Shown here piece by piece: positions 50,301 to 62,535 of a DNA stretch of 64,000 nucleotides. This stretch comes from Camelus ferus (taxonomy: Eukaryota), in contig NC_045696.1 of assembly GCF_009834535.1 (NCBI RefSeq), positions 85,624,001 through 85,688,000 on the forward strand. Reading direction: 5' to 3'. The notes beneath the pieces are model-generated. The model saw only the letters and a program-made list of their open reading frames with translations, was not told the DNA's origin and searched no databases. The translations under genes and the position numbers were made by a program. Position 1 is the first letter of the stretch. Each line of letters begins with the position of its first letter.

Positions 50301-52330
50301 CTGAGCTTTTAATCATTTTCCATTTCTAAACAGACCCATTGTGCGTTTCGCTCGCCTGGTGACAGCGGGTTAGAAAAGGACCTCTGGAAGGCTCAGAGCT
50401 CTTCAGAAAATGAATGATGCAGCATTTTAATTATTTGTTCTAGGGAAGACCGTTTTGCTTCCATATTGGAATATTTAATCTTAGATATGGAGAGATTACT
50501 GGGCTCGGAGATCCGGCAAAGGGGAGGGGGAGGTGGAAGGGGGAACTGTGGGGAGAAAGGGCTTCTTGTCCTCCCCGTGGACAAATGATGCCGGACGCTC
50601 CCAGCAGGAAATGTTCTAAACCGGGGCTCCAGGGCCCTTCATCCCCTAACTTTTCGAGCTTTTCCTAAGGCTTAGATACGCTACACTGAGATTAAAGGAA
50701 AGGAAAACAGTGAAATAGCCTTTAGGACATGTCCCAAATCAAAAACTTAGAGGGCTGTTGTTATCAAGAGAGAAGTGAGAATGAATGCGAAGAGGGCCAT
50801 TTATCGTCACTGGGCAGCTCCGGGAAGCCTCCCGGTTATCCATCGATTCCATCGCATGTTGGGTTCCGATAAGATCGGCGAAACAGTCACCGCCTCTGCA
50901 CGTTGGGTGCAGAAGGTGGTGTGGGGGGAAAGAGGGGGGAGCGGCTGGCAGCTGGTGAAGGAGATGGGATTGCTCGCGTTCTGAGCTCTGGCTGTCGGTG
51001 TTGGTCTGCTTCTCGGTTGAGACTTGAGAAATAGGGTGGGTCTGGACTATTAAGGGTGGAGAATGTCAGAGAATTCTCCCCGCCTGCTTACTTAGTTTCT
51101 GATAGCTACTGTGGAGTGGAGGACACAGTTGTGCTCATTTCAAAAGCAAAATATCATACACACATCTTATGACCGACTTTAAGACACGTTTTGCTGAGGT
51201 AGGTGATTTATATACATTTAGAATGGTAAGAAATTCATACATAAGCCGTGTTTCCTTTGAAATCTAATTCTGTAAAAAGCGCTTTAAGAGAAAGCCATCT
51301 CTATGGGCTAACTTTGAGCCCTTGAGCAAGTGAGGTTCAGTCCAGGTCTTTAGCCACCAGAAAGCCCCTCCCTTCCCCATGAGTTGGTGACAAGATTCGT
51401 GTGTTTGGGGGGGGGGGATTAATGAGGCACAGTTCCCGCTAACTAGACCTGTTTGCTTGCCTCTCTCCAGTTTCCCCACTAAGGTGCATTTCCTCCCAGC
51501 AGGTAGGACTGTAGAACCGCCAGGTGAGCCTTTAAAAACTCCTCTTAGAGGCTCCTGTGAGCTCTGATCTGATGGCTCCTATTCACTGAAACATTCTCCC
51601 TCAATCACCCCCACCCTCATGACTCTCTTCCATCCCCTTCCCCAATATATCACAGAGAAATATTTCGGGGAACAAAATGAAAGAAAAGAAGAATCGAAAC
51701 CCTGAAATGCTGCCCCCGATCCCTACAAGGTCTTTCAGGGTGGAAGAAGTGAAATGTGTCATTGTTACCCAAGTGGTCTACATATCCTTCCAGAGCAGTG
51801 GCTTATCTCGGTCTTTTAAAAGGTGGAAGCAAACACATGGCTGTTGAATCCAGGGGAAATATAAGGCTTTGAGCTGCATCACAACAAAAGGATTCCTGGT
51901 GCAAAGAGATCGAAGCAAAATGCAGGAGAAACTCAGTCCAAGTCACAGGCTGCCTGAGCTCTTACTCAGGACACCCAGGTAGAATCAGCTAGATTCAGCT
52001 CTTCTGCTTTGGAGACCTGAATTTTCTTTTATCCCCATCTTTTGGAGACAAGTATGTTTGTGCTGTGAAAAGGATAATCCTGAAGGTAGTCTTACTTTTC
52101 AAACCATCTACACTAGAGAGCAGAGATTTGGGAACTAGAGGAGCAAACTAGTCAAGCGATGGTTTCCTTGGCAGTTAAAATAAAAGAATAAAAATAAATA
52201 ATAGTCTACACTCCCCCTCCATCTCCACCTTCCCACCAAAGGAATGTTTCCCCTAAGTTGGTCTCTTCCTTCTTGTTTCTTATTTTGACAGTTTGTCATC
52301 TCCACCCCTCCAATTCTTTTCTCTCCCCTT

Positions 52331-52421
52331 ACACACACACACACACACACTCTCTCTCTCTCTCTCTCTCTCTCCCCCTCCCTCCCTCACACACACAAAC
52401 ACACACACACACACACACACA
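52331..52421. repeat. Compound (AC)10(TC)12 followed by an interrupted (AC)n
   Basis: Read directly. Confidence 0.97.
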
Positions 52422-52429
52422 AACTGTAT

Positions 52430-53018
52430 AGTCGCGGCTTCTTAGTGCTCGCGCCCGACCCCATGCTAAGCGCGTTCCCCTCCTTGGAGCTCATTTTTGT
52501 GACGTGGAAAGCTGGATCCAGGGTTACAGCACATATTTGAAAAAAAAAAAAAAAAGCCAGCGCAAGATAAGTCACAGATTCTGCACCGTGATTGAGCCTG
52601 ACTTCCCTGCCTTCCTCCCGCCCTTCCTCCAAGTGCCCAATGATGTGCTGCCGGTACCCAGAGAGAGCAGCTACGGCGGCGGCAGCCGCGGAGACAGGGA
52701 AGCTGGAAGCCTGCGGCAGCCCCTTCTCCTCCCTCCTCTACTGAGTGTGCCAAGCGGCAGTTCTGCATCCTAAAGAAGCCCATTGACAGGCCCATTGCAT
52801 TCCCAGCACGTCTCAAGCTTGCTGCCTTTTATTTTTTTCCTTTGGTCCCCCACCCGCCCCCACCGCCAACCCCCTCTATCCCCCATTGCTTCAGCTTCAG
52901 CGAAAGGAAGGAAGGGAGAGGGAGAGAGAGAATCCTTAAACTCAAGCTTTTTTTTTTTTTAACCCCCGCCCCCACCCCGATGGTCAATGCTAAAAAAAAA
53001 TCTGCAAAATAGGTAAGT
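52430..53018 (+). promoter_or_regulatory. SLITRK3: Candidate proximal promoter and first exon (1c), donor after 53012
   Basis: Second CpG-rich patch after (AC)n/(TC)n repeats; CRE-like TGACGT at 52500; consensus donor TAG|GTAAGT (GT at 53013). Confidence 0.6.
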
Positions 53019-54649
53019 CAAAGACATCTGGAGCCTTTCTTGTCTAAATCTCAGGGACCTCAAAAAGAAGAAAAAAAAATTAAAGAAAAGAATGGTGAAA
53101 AAGAAAGAACTTAAGTAGATTTTAATATTTTATAAGGGAGGCAGGGAAGACTAACTGATACTGCAATGTAGCCTCATCTGCTTTTCTCTTTTTTCAATTA
53201 ATTGTTTCTAAAAATTGAGTATGGCATGCCTGAGGCAAATTTCTCTTTGCTTTCTTATGCGTTCTCTTTTTCTTACAGCTATGTACATTATATGCAAGTC
53301 GAATGTGGAGATTTATTCTTTTCTCTCTCCCTATAAATTATATCATTGTGTTTTAAGTTAGAGAGTTGGCAAAGTATTTCCTTAATGTATGCATTTATGT
53401 GTGGAGAGAAAGTATATGCTAAAAACTCTGGTTTATTTTTATTGATTAAATACAACCATTCAATTGTGATTGATATTTCAGTGACTCAGAAAGGGCAATC
53501 TAATAAAACTGCATTATTATAATTTATTTATGTACGCATTTTCATTTACTGATGATATTAGGCAAGCAAAGGGAGCCACAGAGGAAGGCTCTATTATTAG
53601 AATAGTGCACTGTATTTGTTTCTTCTGGTTGGAAAAGAATGATGTCTTTCTTTGAAATGTATTTCATGTAATAGATCATTTATCAGCAGGTAAGAATCGA
53701 GGTGTCCACCCTTTCTTGCCTTTAACTACCCAACTCTCCTCTAACTAACCACCTGCCATTCCACCTTTATTGCAGGGTTCTTCACTTGATCTTGAAGGCA
53801 CAAATATACATTCCAAACTAAACTCTGCAAGTGTTTTAATACAGACACTTCCAGGCTCAGCATCCTTTCGCTGTCACTATCTTTAGCTGTGACAATTGCA
53901 TGGGCTTATTCTTTAGAAAGGCTAATCATTCCTAAAGGATTTAAGCAGCCAAATGATACACCTATGAAGAAATTATTTGATTAAAGGAGATGTTAATAAT
54001 CTGTGCTTGGGCAAAAGGCACTTGGGGTATAGTGTGTTACTGAGCATACACTATAATTAAGTATATTGTGCTTACTTCTTAAGAGAAATCTTAGGTTTTC
54101 CTGAGCAACCAATCATCTAATACATCTCAACATCTGATATTGGCCAGTGAGCTCATAATTTATCATACTGTTTAAACTAATAACTTTGGAGAATGCTATG
54201 TCTTTTTATGAGTAGAATCCCACAGTTTAAAGAACATTATTCTTCCATCAGAGTTCCAGTCAGATCTATAATAGGTACCTCTGGTGTCAATGTGAGTTCT
54301 TACATGCAAACAGGTGTAATGGCCAAATGATGGCCATTATTACTGAATCTGCCTACCCCCAGAGCAATCACTGTATGCCAGTTCCCCTGCTTACTATAAC
54401 AGGCAATGAAGGCTGCTTTTGATTGTATGATACACTCTTTACCAAGTATGGCTTGATTCAGGAAAATGTCATCACATGGTATAATATTTCAGAGTCTTCT
54501 TATTTTAAAATATAGGACATATTAAGCATGTTGATAGGTCGTTTTGCGTGTCAGTTCAACAACTGCTAAAGTTTCTATATCACTCTCAAAAAGCCCCATA
54601 TGTAGGAGTCAATGAGAATAGTGCATATGACTAAAAGCTAAAAATCTGC

Positions 54650-54668
54650 ATCTTTATTTCTGTTGCAG
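54650..54668 (+). other. SLITRK3: Splice acceptor of the SLITRK3 coding exon (exon starts 54669, 21 nt before the ATG)
   Basis: Polypyrimidine tract atctttatttctgttgcag ends at 54668; branch-like ctaa motifs lie just upstream. Confidence 0.85.
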
Positions 54669-54689
54669 TTTTGTAATCAGCCACGAACG

Positions 54690-57629
54690 ATGAAACCTTC
54701 TATAGCTGAGATGCTTCACAGAGGGAAGATGTTGTGGATAATTCTTCTAAGCACAATTGCTCTAGGATGGACTACCCCGATTCCCCTGATAGAGGACTCA
54801 GAGGAAATAGATGAGCCCTGTTTTGATCCATGCTACTGTGAAGTTAAAGAAAGCCTCTTTCATATACATTGTGACAGTAAAGGATTTACAAATATTAGTC
54901 AGATTACTGAGTTCTGGTCAAGACCTTTTAAACTGTATCTGCAGAGGAATTCAATGAGGAAATTGTACACCAACAGTTTTCTTCATTTGAATAATGCCGT
55001 GTCCATTAACCTTGGGAACAATGCATTGCAGGACATTCAAACAGGAGCTTTCAATGGTCTTAAGATTTTAAAGAGGCTATATCTCCATGAGAACAAACTA
55101 GACATCTTCAGAAATGACACCTTCCTTGGCTTGGAAAGTCTGGAATATCTGCAGGCAGATTACAATGTCATTAAACGTATAGAGAGTGGGGCATTTCGGA
55201 ACCTAAGTAAATTGAGAGTTCTGATTTTAAATGACAATCTCATCCCCATGCTTCCAGCCAACTTATTTAAGGCTGTCTCCTTAACCCACTTGGACCTACG
55301 TGGAAACAGGTTAAAAGTTCTTTTTTACCGAGGAATGCTAGACCACATTGGCAGAAGCCTGATGGAGCTCCAGCTGGAAGAAAATCCCTGGAACTGTACA
55401 TGTGAAATTGTGCAACTGAAGAGTTGGCTGGAACGCATTCCTTACACTGCCCTAGTGGGAGACATCACCTGCGAGACCCCTTTCCATTTCCATGGAAAAG
55501 ACTTACGAGAAATCAGGAAGACAGAACTCTGTCCCTTGTTGTCTGACTCTGAGGTGGAAGCTAGTTTGGGGATTCCCCACTTGTCACCAAACAAGGAGAA
55601 TGCATGGCCAACTAAGCCTTCCTCAATGCTGTCATCTGTCCATTTTACTGCCTCTTCTGTTGAATATAAGTCCTCAAATAAACAGCCTAAGCCCACGAAA
55701 CAGCCTCGAACACCAAGGCCGCCTTCCACATCGCAAGCTTTATACCCTGGTCCAAACCAACCTCCCATTGCTCCTTACCAGACCAGACCACCCATTCCTA
55801 TTATATGCCCTACTGGGTGTACCTGTAATTTGCACATCAATGACCTTGGCTTGACTGTCAACTGCAAAGAGCGAGGATTTAATAACATTTCTGAACTTCT
55901 TCCAAGGCCACTGAATGCCAAGAAACTGTATCTGAGTAGCAATCTGATTCAGAAAATATACCGTTCTGATTTTTGGAATTTCTCTTCCTTGGATCTCTTA
56001 CATCTGGGGAACAACCGTATTTCTTACGTCCAGGATGGGGCCTTCATCAACCTGCCCAACCTTAAGAGCCTCTTTCTCAATGGCAACGATATCGAGAAGC
56101 TGACACCAGGCATGTTCCGAGGCCTACAGAGTCTGCACTACTTGTATTTCGAGTTCAATGTCATCCGGGAAATCCAGCCTGCAGCCTTCAGCCTCATGCC
56201 TAACTTGAAGCTGCTATTCCTCAACAATAATTTGCTGAGGACCCTGCCAACGGATGCCTTTGCAGGCACATCCCTGGCCCGGCTCAACCTAAGGAAGAAC
56301 TACTTCCTCTACCTTCCTGTGGCTGGTGTCCTAGAACACTTGAATGCCATTGTCCAGATAGACCTCAATGAGAATCCTTGGGACTGTACCTGTGACCTGG
56401 TTCCCTTCAAACAGTGGATTGAAACCATCAGCTCAGTCAGTGTGGTGGGTGATGTGCTATGCAGGAGCCCTGAGAACCTCACCCACCGTGATGTGCGCAC
56501 TATTGAGCTGGAAGTTCTCTGCCCAGAGATGCTGCACATTGCACCAGCTGGAGCATCCCCAGCCCAGCCTGGAGATTCTCACCTTGCTGGAGGGCCTACA
56601 AGTGCATCACCATATGAGTTCTCTGCTCCTGGGGGCCCTGTGCCACTTTCAGTGTTGATTCTCAGCCTACTGGTTCTGTTTTTTTCAGCAGTGTTTGTTG
56701 CTGCAGGCCTCTTTGCCTATGTCCTTCGACGGCGCCGGAAGAAGCTGCCCTTTAGAAGCAAGCGGCAGGAAGGTGTGGACCTCACTGGCATCCAGATGCA
56801 ATGCCACCGGCTTTTTGAGGATAGTGGAGGTAATGGAGGTGGAAATGGAGGTGGGGGACGACCAACTATTTCTTCCCCAGAGAAGGCCCCGCCTGTGGGT
56901 CATGTATATGAGTACATACCCCACCCAGTTACTCAGATGTGCAACAACCCCATCTACAAGCCTCGTGAGGAGGAGGAGGTGGCTGTTCCATCAGTCCAGG
57001 AGGCAGGGAGTGCCGAACGTGGGGCTCCTGGGACACAACCGCCAGGAATGAGTGAAGTTCTCCTAGGAAGTGAGCAGTTTGCTGAGACACCCAAGGAGAA
57101 CCACACCAACTACCGGACCGTGCTGGAAAAAGAAAAGGAGTGGGCCCTGGCAGTGTCCAGCTCCCAGCTCAACACCATAGTGACCATGAATCATCATCAC
57201 CCTCACCCTCACCCCCCAGCAGTTGGTGGGGTTTCAGGGGTAGTTGCGGGAACTGGGGGAGACTTGGGTGGGTTCCGCCACCACGAGAAGAATGGTGGGG
57301 TGGTGCTGTTTCCTCCTGGGGGAGGCTGCGGTGGTGGCAGTATGCTACTAGACCGAGAGAGGCCACAACCAGCCCCCTGCACAGTGGGATTTGTGGACTG
57401 TCTCTATGGCACAGTGCCCAAATTAAAGGAGCTGCATGTCCACCCTCCTGGCATGCAATACCCAGACTTACAGCAGGACGCCAGGCTCAAAGAAACCCTT
57501 CTCTTCTCGGCTGGAAAGGGCTTCACAGACCACCAAACCCAAAAAAGTGATTACCTCGAGTTAAGGGCCAAACTTCAAACCAAGCCGGATTACCTCGAAG
57601 TCCTGGAGAAGACAACGTATAGGTTCTAA
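54690..57629 (+). CDS. SLITRK3: SLIT and NTRK-like protein 3, 979 aa, intronless CDS
   Basis: The supplied ORF starts at an intronic TTG (54663); the first ATG is 54690 (MKPSIAEMLHRGKMLWIILLSTIALGWT). Two LRR clusters end in LEENPWNCTC and LNENPWDCTC. TM VLILSLLVLFFSAVFVAAGLFAYVL is followed by RRRRKK. The tail has NPIY and ends KPDYLEVLEKTTYRF. The N- and C-termini match SLITRK3 as I recall it. Confidence 0.98.
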   Translation: MKPSIAEMLHRGKMLWIILLSTIALGWTTPIPLIEDSEEIDEPCFDPCYCEVKESLFHIHCDSKGFTNISQITEFWSRPFKLYLQRNSMRKLYTNSFLHLNNAVSINLGNNALQDIQTGAFNGLKILKRLYLHENKLDIFRNDTFLGLESLEYLQADYNVIKRIESGAFRNLSKLRVLILNDNLIPMLPANLFKAVSLTHLDLRGNRLKVLFYRGMLDHIGRSLMELQLEENPWNCTCEIVQLKSWLERIPYTALVGDITCETPFHFHGKDLREIRKTELCPLLSDSEVEASLGIPHLSPNKENAWPTKPSSMLSSVHFTASSVEYKSSNKQPKPTKQPRTPRPPSTSQALYPGPNQPPIAPYQTRPPIPIICPTGCTCNLHINDLGLTVNCKERGFNNISELLPRPLNAKKLYLSSNLIQKIYRSDFWNFSSLDLLHLGNNRISYVQDGAFINLPNLKSLFLNGNDIEKLTPGMFRGLQSLHYLYFEFNVIREIQPAAFSLMPNLKLLFLNNNLLRTLPTDAFAGTSLARLNLRKNYFLYLPVAGVLEHLNAIVQIDLNENPWDCTCDLVPFKQWIETISSVSVVGDVLCRSPENLTHRDVRTIELEVLCPEMLHIAPAGASPAQPGDSHLAGGPTSASPYEFSAPGGPVPLSVLILSLLVLFFSAVFVAAGLFAYVLRRRRKKLPFRSKRQEGVDLTGIQMQCHRLFEDSGGNGGGNGGGGRPTISSPEKAPPVGHVYEYIPHPVTQMCNNPIYKPREEEEVAVPSVQEAGSAERGAPGTQPPGMSEVLLGSEQFAETPKENHTNYRTVLEKEKEWALAVSSSQLNTIVTMNHHHPHPHPPAVGGVSGVVAGTGGDLGGFRHHEKNGGVVLFPPGGGCGGGSMLLDRERPQPAPCTVGFVDCLYGTVPKLKELHVHPPGMQYPDLQQDARLKETLLFSAGKGFTDHQTQKSDYLELRAKLQTKPDYLEVLEKTTYRF

Positions 57630-58281
57630 CAGAAAAAGAAAAAATAAATTAGTGCTTTTTTTCAAAAGAAAAGAAAAATTAAAGAAATATATCCCTTGCT
57701 CCCTTTACACTTGTCCCAATAACTCCATTCTCACAAACTTCCCTGCCCTGAACAGAACTGAAACCGCATGATAACTAGAAAATACAGATGTATGCTCTCC
57801 CCTCTCAGATGTGATTTGGAGGAAGGGCCATACTCAGATCATTAATCAATGAAGTGCCTTCGCAGACTTTTGCCAGCAAATGTTATCATTATTTTTTTAT
57901 ACTGAAACTTGAGACTTTGACTGTGCCATGTATAAGGTATATTGGGGATCGCTGTATTGATCCTAATTAAGTAAAATTCAGTGTGTCTTTATTTTCAGTA
58001 ACTTTTTTTTTTCAGTTGTAGTTTTGTTTGACAGGGATGGGGGGGGAAACAAATTGACATTTGTGGCTTTCTTTTTTCTTCCCATCATGGCACAGATTCT
58101 GTACATGTATTAACAATGCAGTTTGCTGCATGCCTGGAAACTGCAAGACGGGGAGGGAGGGGTGGGTCTTGCTCGAATGTTCTCACCCACTCGTTTTTCT
58201 CACACATATACCCACAGACAAATCACAAATCCCTGAACACAAGCAGGTCCCTAAACCTGTGGCCTCTTCCTTCTGGTGCAG

Positions 58282-58283
<2 letters not shown>

Positions 58284-58326
<43 letters not shown>
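58284..58326. repeat. (AC)n microsatellite in the 3' UTR
   Basis: Read directly. Confidence 0.97.
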
Positions 58327-58327
<1 letters not shown>

Positions 58328-58805
58328 CACTCCCATTCAACTCAATCTAATTGGTTCGTGTTTGATCCATTCCTCTTCTCTCCATAGCTCCACCTTTCCT
58401 TCACCCTAGTGTACAGCTTACAGCATCTCTCCTACCACCCTGAGAAACGTCATCTTCTAGGCTGGATCCTACTGAAGTGGAGGCCTGGTGGTTTAACAGC
58501 TGGAGGCACACACCTAGGGATGAGCACCTTCTTTGTGACACTTCATCCTGATGCCAAGATTTTTTGGAGAACATCTGCACTTTCTTATATATATATAAAT
58601 ATATATATAAAATATTTAAAAAAACATAAAAAAGCAACTGGTTATATATCACTAACAGCTTTGTAGGAAGCACTTTTAATGTTTTCTCTCTCACAAAGAT
58701 TCAAAAGAAATGTGCATATATTTATTCTGTAATTTCAGTGATTATAAATTGTAAAGGTAATGTTTAATCATTGTATAGTGATTATGCGTCTGGTATAGCT
58801 TTCCT

Positions 58806-58811
58806 AATAAA
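58806..58811 (+). terminator. Polyadenylation signal AATAAA (a second one at 58974-58979)
   Basis: ttcctAATAAAaagtttttg with upstream TGTA motifs. Confidence 0.7.
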
Positions 58812-61800
58812 AAGTTTTTGAAAAACATAATACATTATATATAGAGGATACAAAGCTTGAACCTTAAACTCCAGCTATGCCATGCCTTTCGTGCTCCCAT
58901 TTTTAAAAAAATCTTTCTTTAACTTCTTATACAGAAAGCTAGTTTATTAACAAGTTTGATGCACTGTGATGTTAATAAATCTTATAACCCACCATGCCTA
59001 TCCCATACCCGGATACAATTGGGACATAAAAAATATGATTTATATAGTTCACTTCTTTCTCTTGGATTATGAATTTCAAACTTAGCACCCCAATGATGCA
59101 CCATTTTTCCTAGGCAGGATGCAACTTGGAGAAAATAAAGTAACTATATTTCTAAGAAGTACAGGATCAATTAGGAGATACTCGAGGATCCATGAATCTT
59201 ACGATAGTTAAAAACAAAGGAAAAGGAAAGTAAAGTTACTATTCTTTTTTAAAATGTACAGCAAAATTACTTACACACACACACACACCAACCAATCAAA
59301 ATATAATGCCTTGGAACCAATTTTTCAGAATTCTGTTATCTGTGAAAACTGTCACTGTTATATTTTTGCTACTGTTTTTTCCCCAACCACTTACTACACC
59401 TGACCCCAATCATGCTTGAACTAAGATAGAGAGGATGCTGAATGAGTCTTTCTTTCTCTGTGACACTAAAATGATGTTGTGAAATTAATTTGACAATAAT
59501 CCAAGTTATGATCCATTTACATGTGAGCGAAACCAAAGAAAACATGATTTTTAAGGTGCCAGTATCTTGTTTGTGGAGAAAACTAAACTGATACAAAGAA
59601 ACACAAGAGCTTTGAGGCAGGCACTTATCTCATTAGGCCAGTAGAGGACAGCAGAGCTCCAGAGATTCATAGACCTGGTAACTGCAGAATCCTGCAGTGA
59701 GGCCAGTATTCTCTTCTAGTGTTTCCTCAAGCTGCCCTTAGTAGAAATTATCATTATGTGTGGAATGTAATTCACTACAAGTCACTGATGCCTTACATCA
59801 CTTTTGTTTTCCCATAAAAAGGGGGACTGGCAGCTTCTAAAGCTGTGTGATTGATATAAAACTAAAGCACTGTACCTAAAAAAAAAAAAAGCCCCATGAA
59901 TGCCTAATACAACAAATTTATATATCTCTTGATTAATTCTATATGGGTAATAACATAGGTATGCATAAAATCAAAAACACAAGTATATCAATATAAAATG
60001 CAACTTTTCAGGGCTACCTTGCATTTGGTACCTTGTACCTAAAACTTTTGTCCTCCATTATTTGAAGTGTAGTTCAGATGAAGAAAAGCTCACAGACATG
60101 ATTCAGTATTTCTCTACATACAATATTGAAATGCAGCTCTTATGCAAAGGGATCAGACACACTATTAAACAGGTGTGACTCTTCTTTTGTTTCTTCTTCT
60201 TTTCTTTCTACTGTCTCATAAGTCACCTTTTTCATAGTTATCTCACTTTCCTTGTTCTTTCTAATTATCTCTCCATCCTTTACTTGAAGTCTTTTTTTAA
60301 GGTGCAGAAAGTCAGTATTAACCTTTTAGTGTTTTAAAATCTGATCTATGAAGTCCCTCCAAATTAGTTATTTATCATGTCCCCATTCCTCCTAATCAAA
60401 AATTTTGATGAATAGTAGAAAGCATGTGCATATTAATAACTCAAAGTGCAAAGCTAGATACTTTTAACGGTAATTATCATCTTCTTAATAACTGTGCACA
60501 TTGATAACATGGCATATTATACAAATTAGCTTAAAGTACAATCCCTAACAATCCCAGTGCTTTTGACATTTGAAAAATGAGTGTCCATAAACCATATGAA
60601 ATTACAATATAACTTGATAATTATGTTTATATTTTATTTATTAAATACATAAAGTAAGATAGTCTTGTCTTATACGTAAGCAGTAATTTTACCCTTGAAC
60701 GAGGAGTAAATTTATTTAGTGAAAATGAATTTATATGAGAAGGAATTTTGTATCAAAGGAAATAATTTTGGCTTCCATGGAGTTTTCTACTCCCTTGGCC
60801 AGGTCATTTATTTTAGCTGTGCATTAGAAATACTTATGTTAGTTTTAATTTATAATACCAGACATGTTGTCTTAAAGTACCATGGATATTAATGTAGGTA
60901 CTATGATTAGGATTTGTTCTGTTTTTGCTGCAGCAAAATGATAAGTTTTAAGAAAAAATAGATTACTAATTCACTTCATAGTGGTCAGTCAGACTGAAGA
61001 AGACCCAGATCTGACAGATACCTGCTATTATTCATTGCTTTTATTATAAATTATAATAATAATATTTGAAAGTAATACAATGTATTGTAATGTCCCTTTA
61101 ACTATGAGATGATGAGTGGAAAATAATATAAATTGATATACCAGTTTTATTTAGTACCAGTTTTAACATATTATTTTTCACATACGTTACTATAATGTGA
61201 ATGCTGTTATGTTTTTATTTGAGAAGTTATATTATTTCATCTAGTTGCAAAATACTGAAAAATATAAGGATGATGACCACCAAATTTGAAATAAAAGTTT
61301 AGAGAGAGATGACAAGGGAAGTTTAACTACTGAGCTCGAAAGTTTTTTTTTTTTCCCTCACCTTGGAGTATTACTTTTAAACCTTAGTATCTGAAAAGAA
61401 TATGTGTGTTTGGAATTATGAAAATTGACAGTGTAACTGCAGAACATAAGGATGTTTATTTAACCACTGCAACACATTATTTCGATTTACTGTAAATTCA
61501 TTGTTCATACAGTCCTCTCCTTTAGCAATTATGTTGTCTAAGCCAATAAATGTTGCATTTTTGTAAAATGGCTATGATAAAGGAAATATTAACGAAATGC
61601 TTAACAAAATGTGAGATACAATTATAACAAGTCATGATAATACAAGAGGAAATGGTAATAAAAGGACATCCACTTCATCTTAAGTGATAGGAGCTAATTT
61701 AACCTGAGCTTAGACATTTATAACTCATAGTTAGTTCAAAATCCTCAACTGGGAAGATTCAGGTAAACAGAGCATACGTAACTATCATGAATTTCACCAT

Positions 61801-62502
61801 ACAAGTATTTTGTTTAATACATACACTATAGGACTTTTAAAAGTAATAGGAGCAATAACACGTGTGTAATGGGGCAATCATGTGTGTATATATATAGTAC
61901 TACTATATATGTGTATACACTGTATATACATGTATATAGTTTATATATGCTGAATTATACTTACATGTAAACTATGGATTTTTTTCTTTCATGTATAACA
62001 ATTTCAGTTTTATGCATTTATTTTCCTTGGTTCTGTCTAGCTACCATCCAAGTGAAGCTGGATGAAATTATGAATCTTCACTTTGGGAATATTCACATGT
62101 AAAAAGTAACTGTAATTAATATTTTTGAACTTAAAAGTCTTTTATCTTCCAATTTGTTTCATTTTATTATTTAAATCATAGGGAACAAACCTCAGTCAAA
62201 TTGTGATTTATTTTAAGTGAAGTCCTCACAGTAAAGAAACTAACTAATCTCTTATAAATATGCAACATAAGTCAAATGAAAAATAAGTGCTCCTTTTTCA
62301 TTTTTCTATTTCTAGAATAAACTTTATAGGTGAAAACAATTTCAGTAGCTTTATTAATTTGACAAGACCTTTGTAACTTATCTAGATATACAGAAAAAGT
62401 GAAGTATTGAAGGTAATAAGAGAAATATAGGTCATATTTGAGACATTTGTCATCCTATTTTAATACTCTTAATATCACTAATTAAAATGTATAATACTCT
62501 AG

Positions 62503-62535
62503 TAATAATAATAATAGTTAATAATAATAATAATA
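62503..62535. repeat. Interrupted (TAA)n
   Basis: Read directly. Confidence 0.85.

Larger units (their letters stand above)
57630..58830 (+). other. SLITRK3: SLITRK3 3' UTR (about 1.2 kb)
   Basis: Follows the TAA stop; U/A-rich; TGTA elements precede AATAAA at 58806. The cleavage site is inferred. Confidence 0.7.

Noticed and set aside
54663..54689. N-terminal extension MQFCNQPRT in the ORF track
   Set aside because: It starts at a TTG inside the splice acceptor; the real start is ATG 54690.
55442..57550. Alternate-frame and antisense ORFs of 65-136 aa within SLITRK3
   Set aside because: Expected shadows of a long GC-rich CDS; no recognisable domains.
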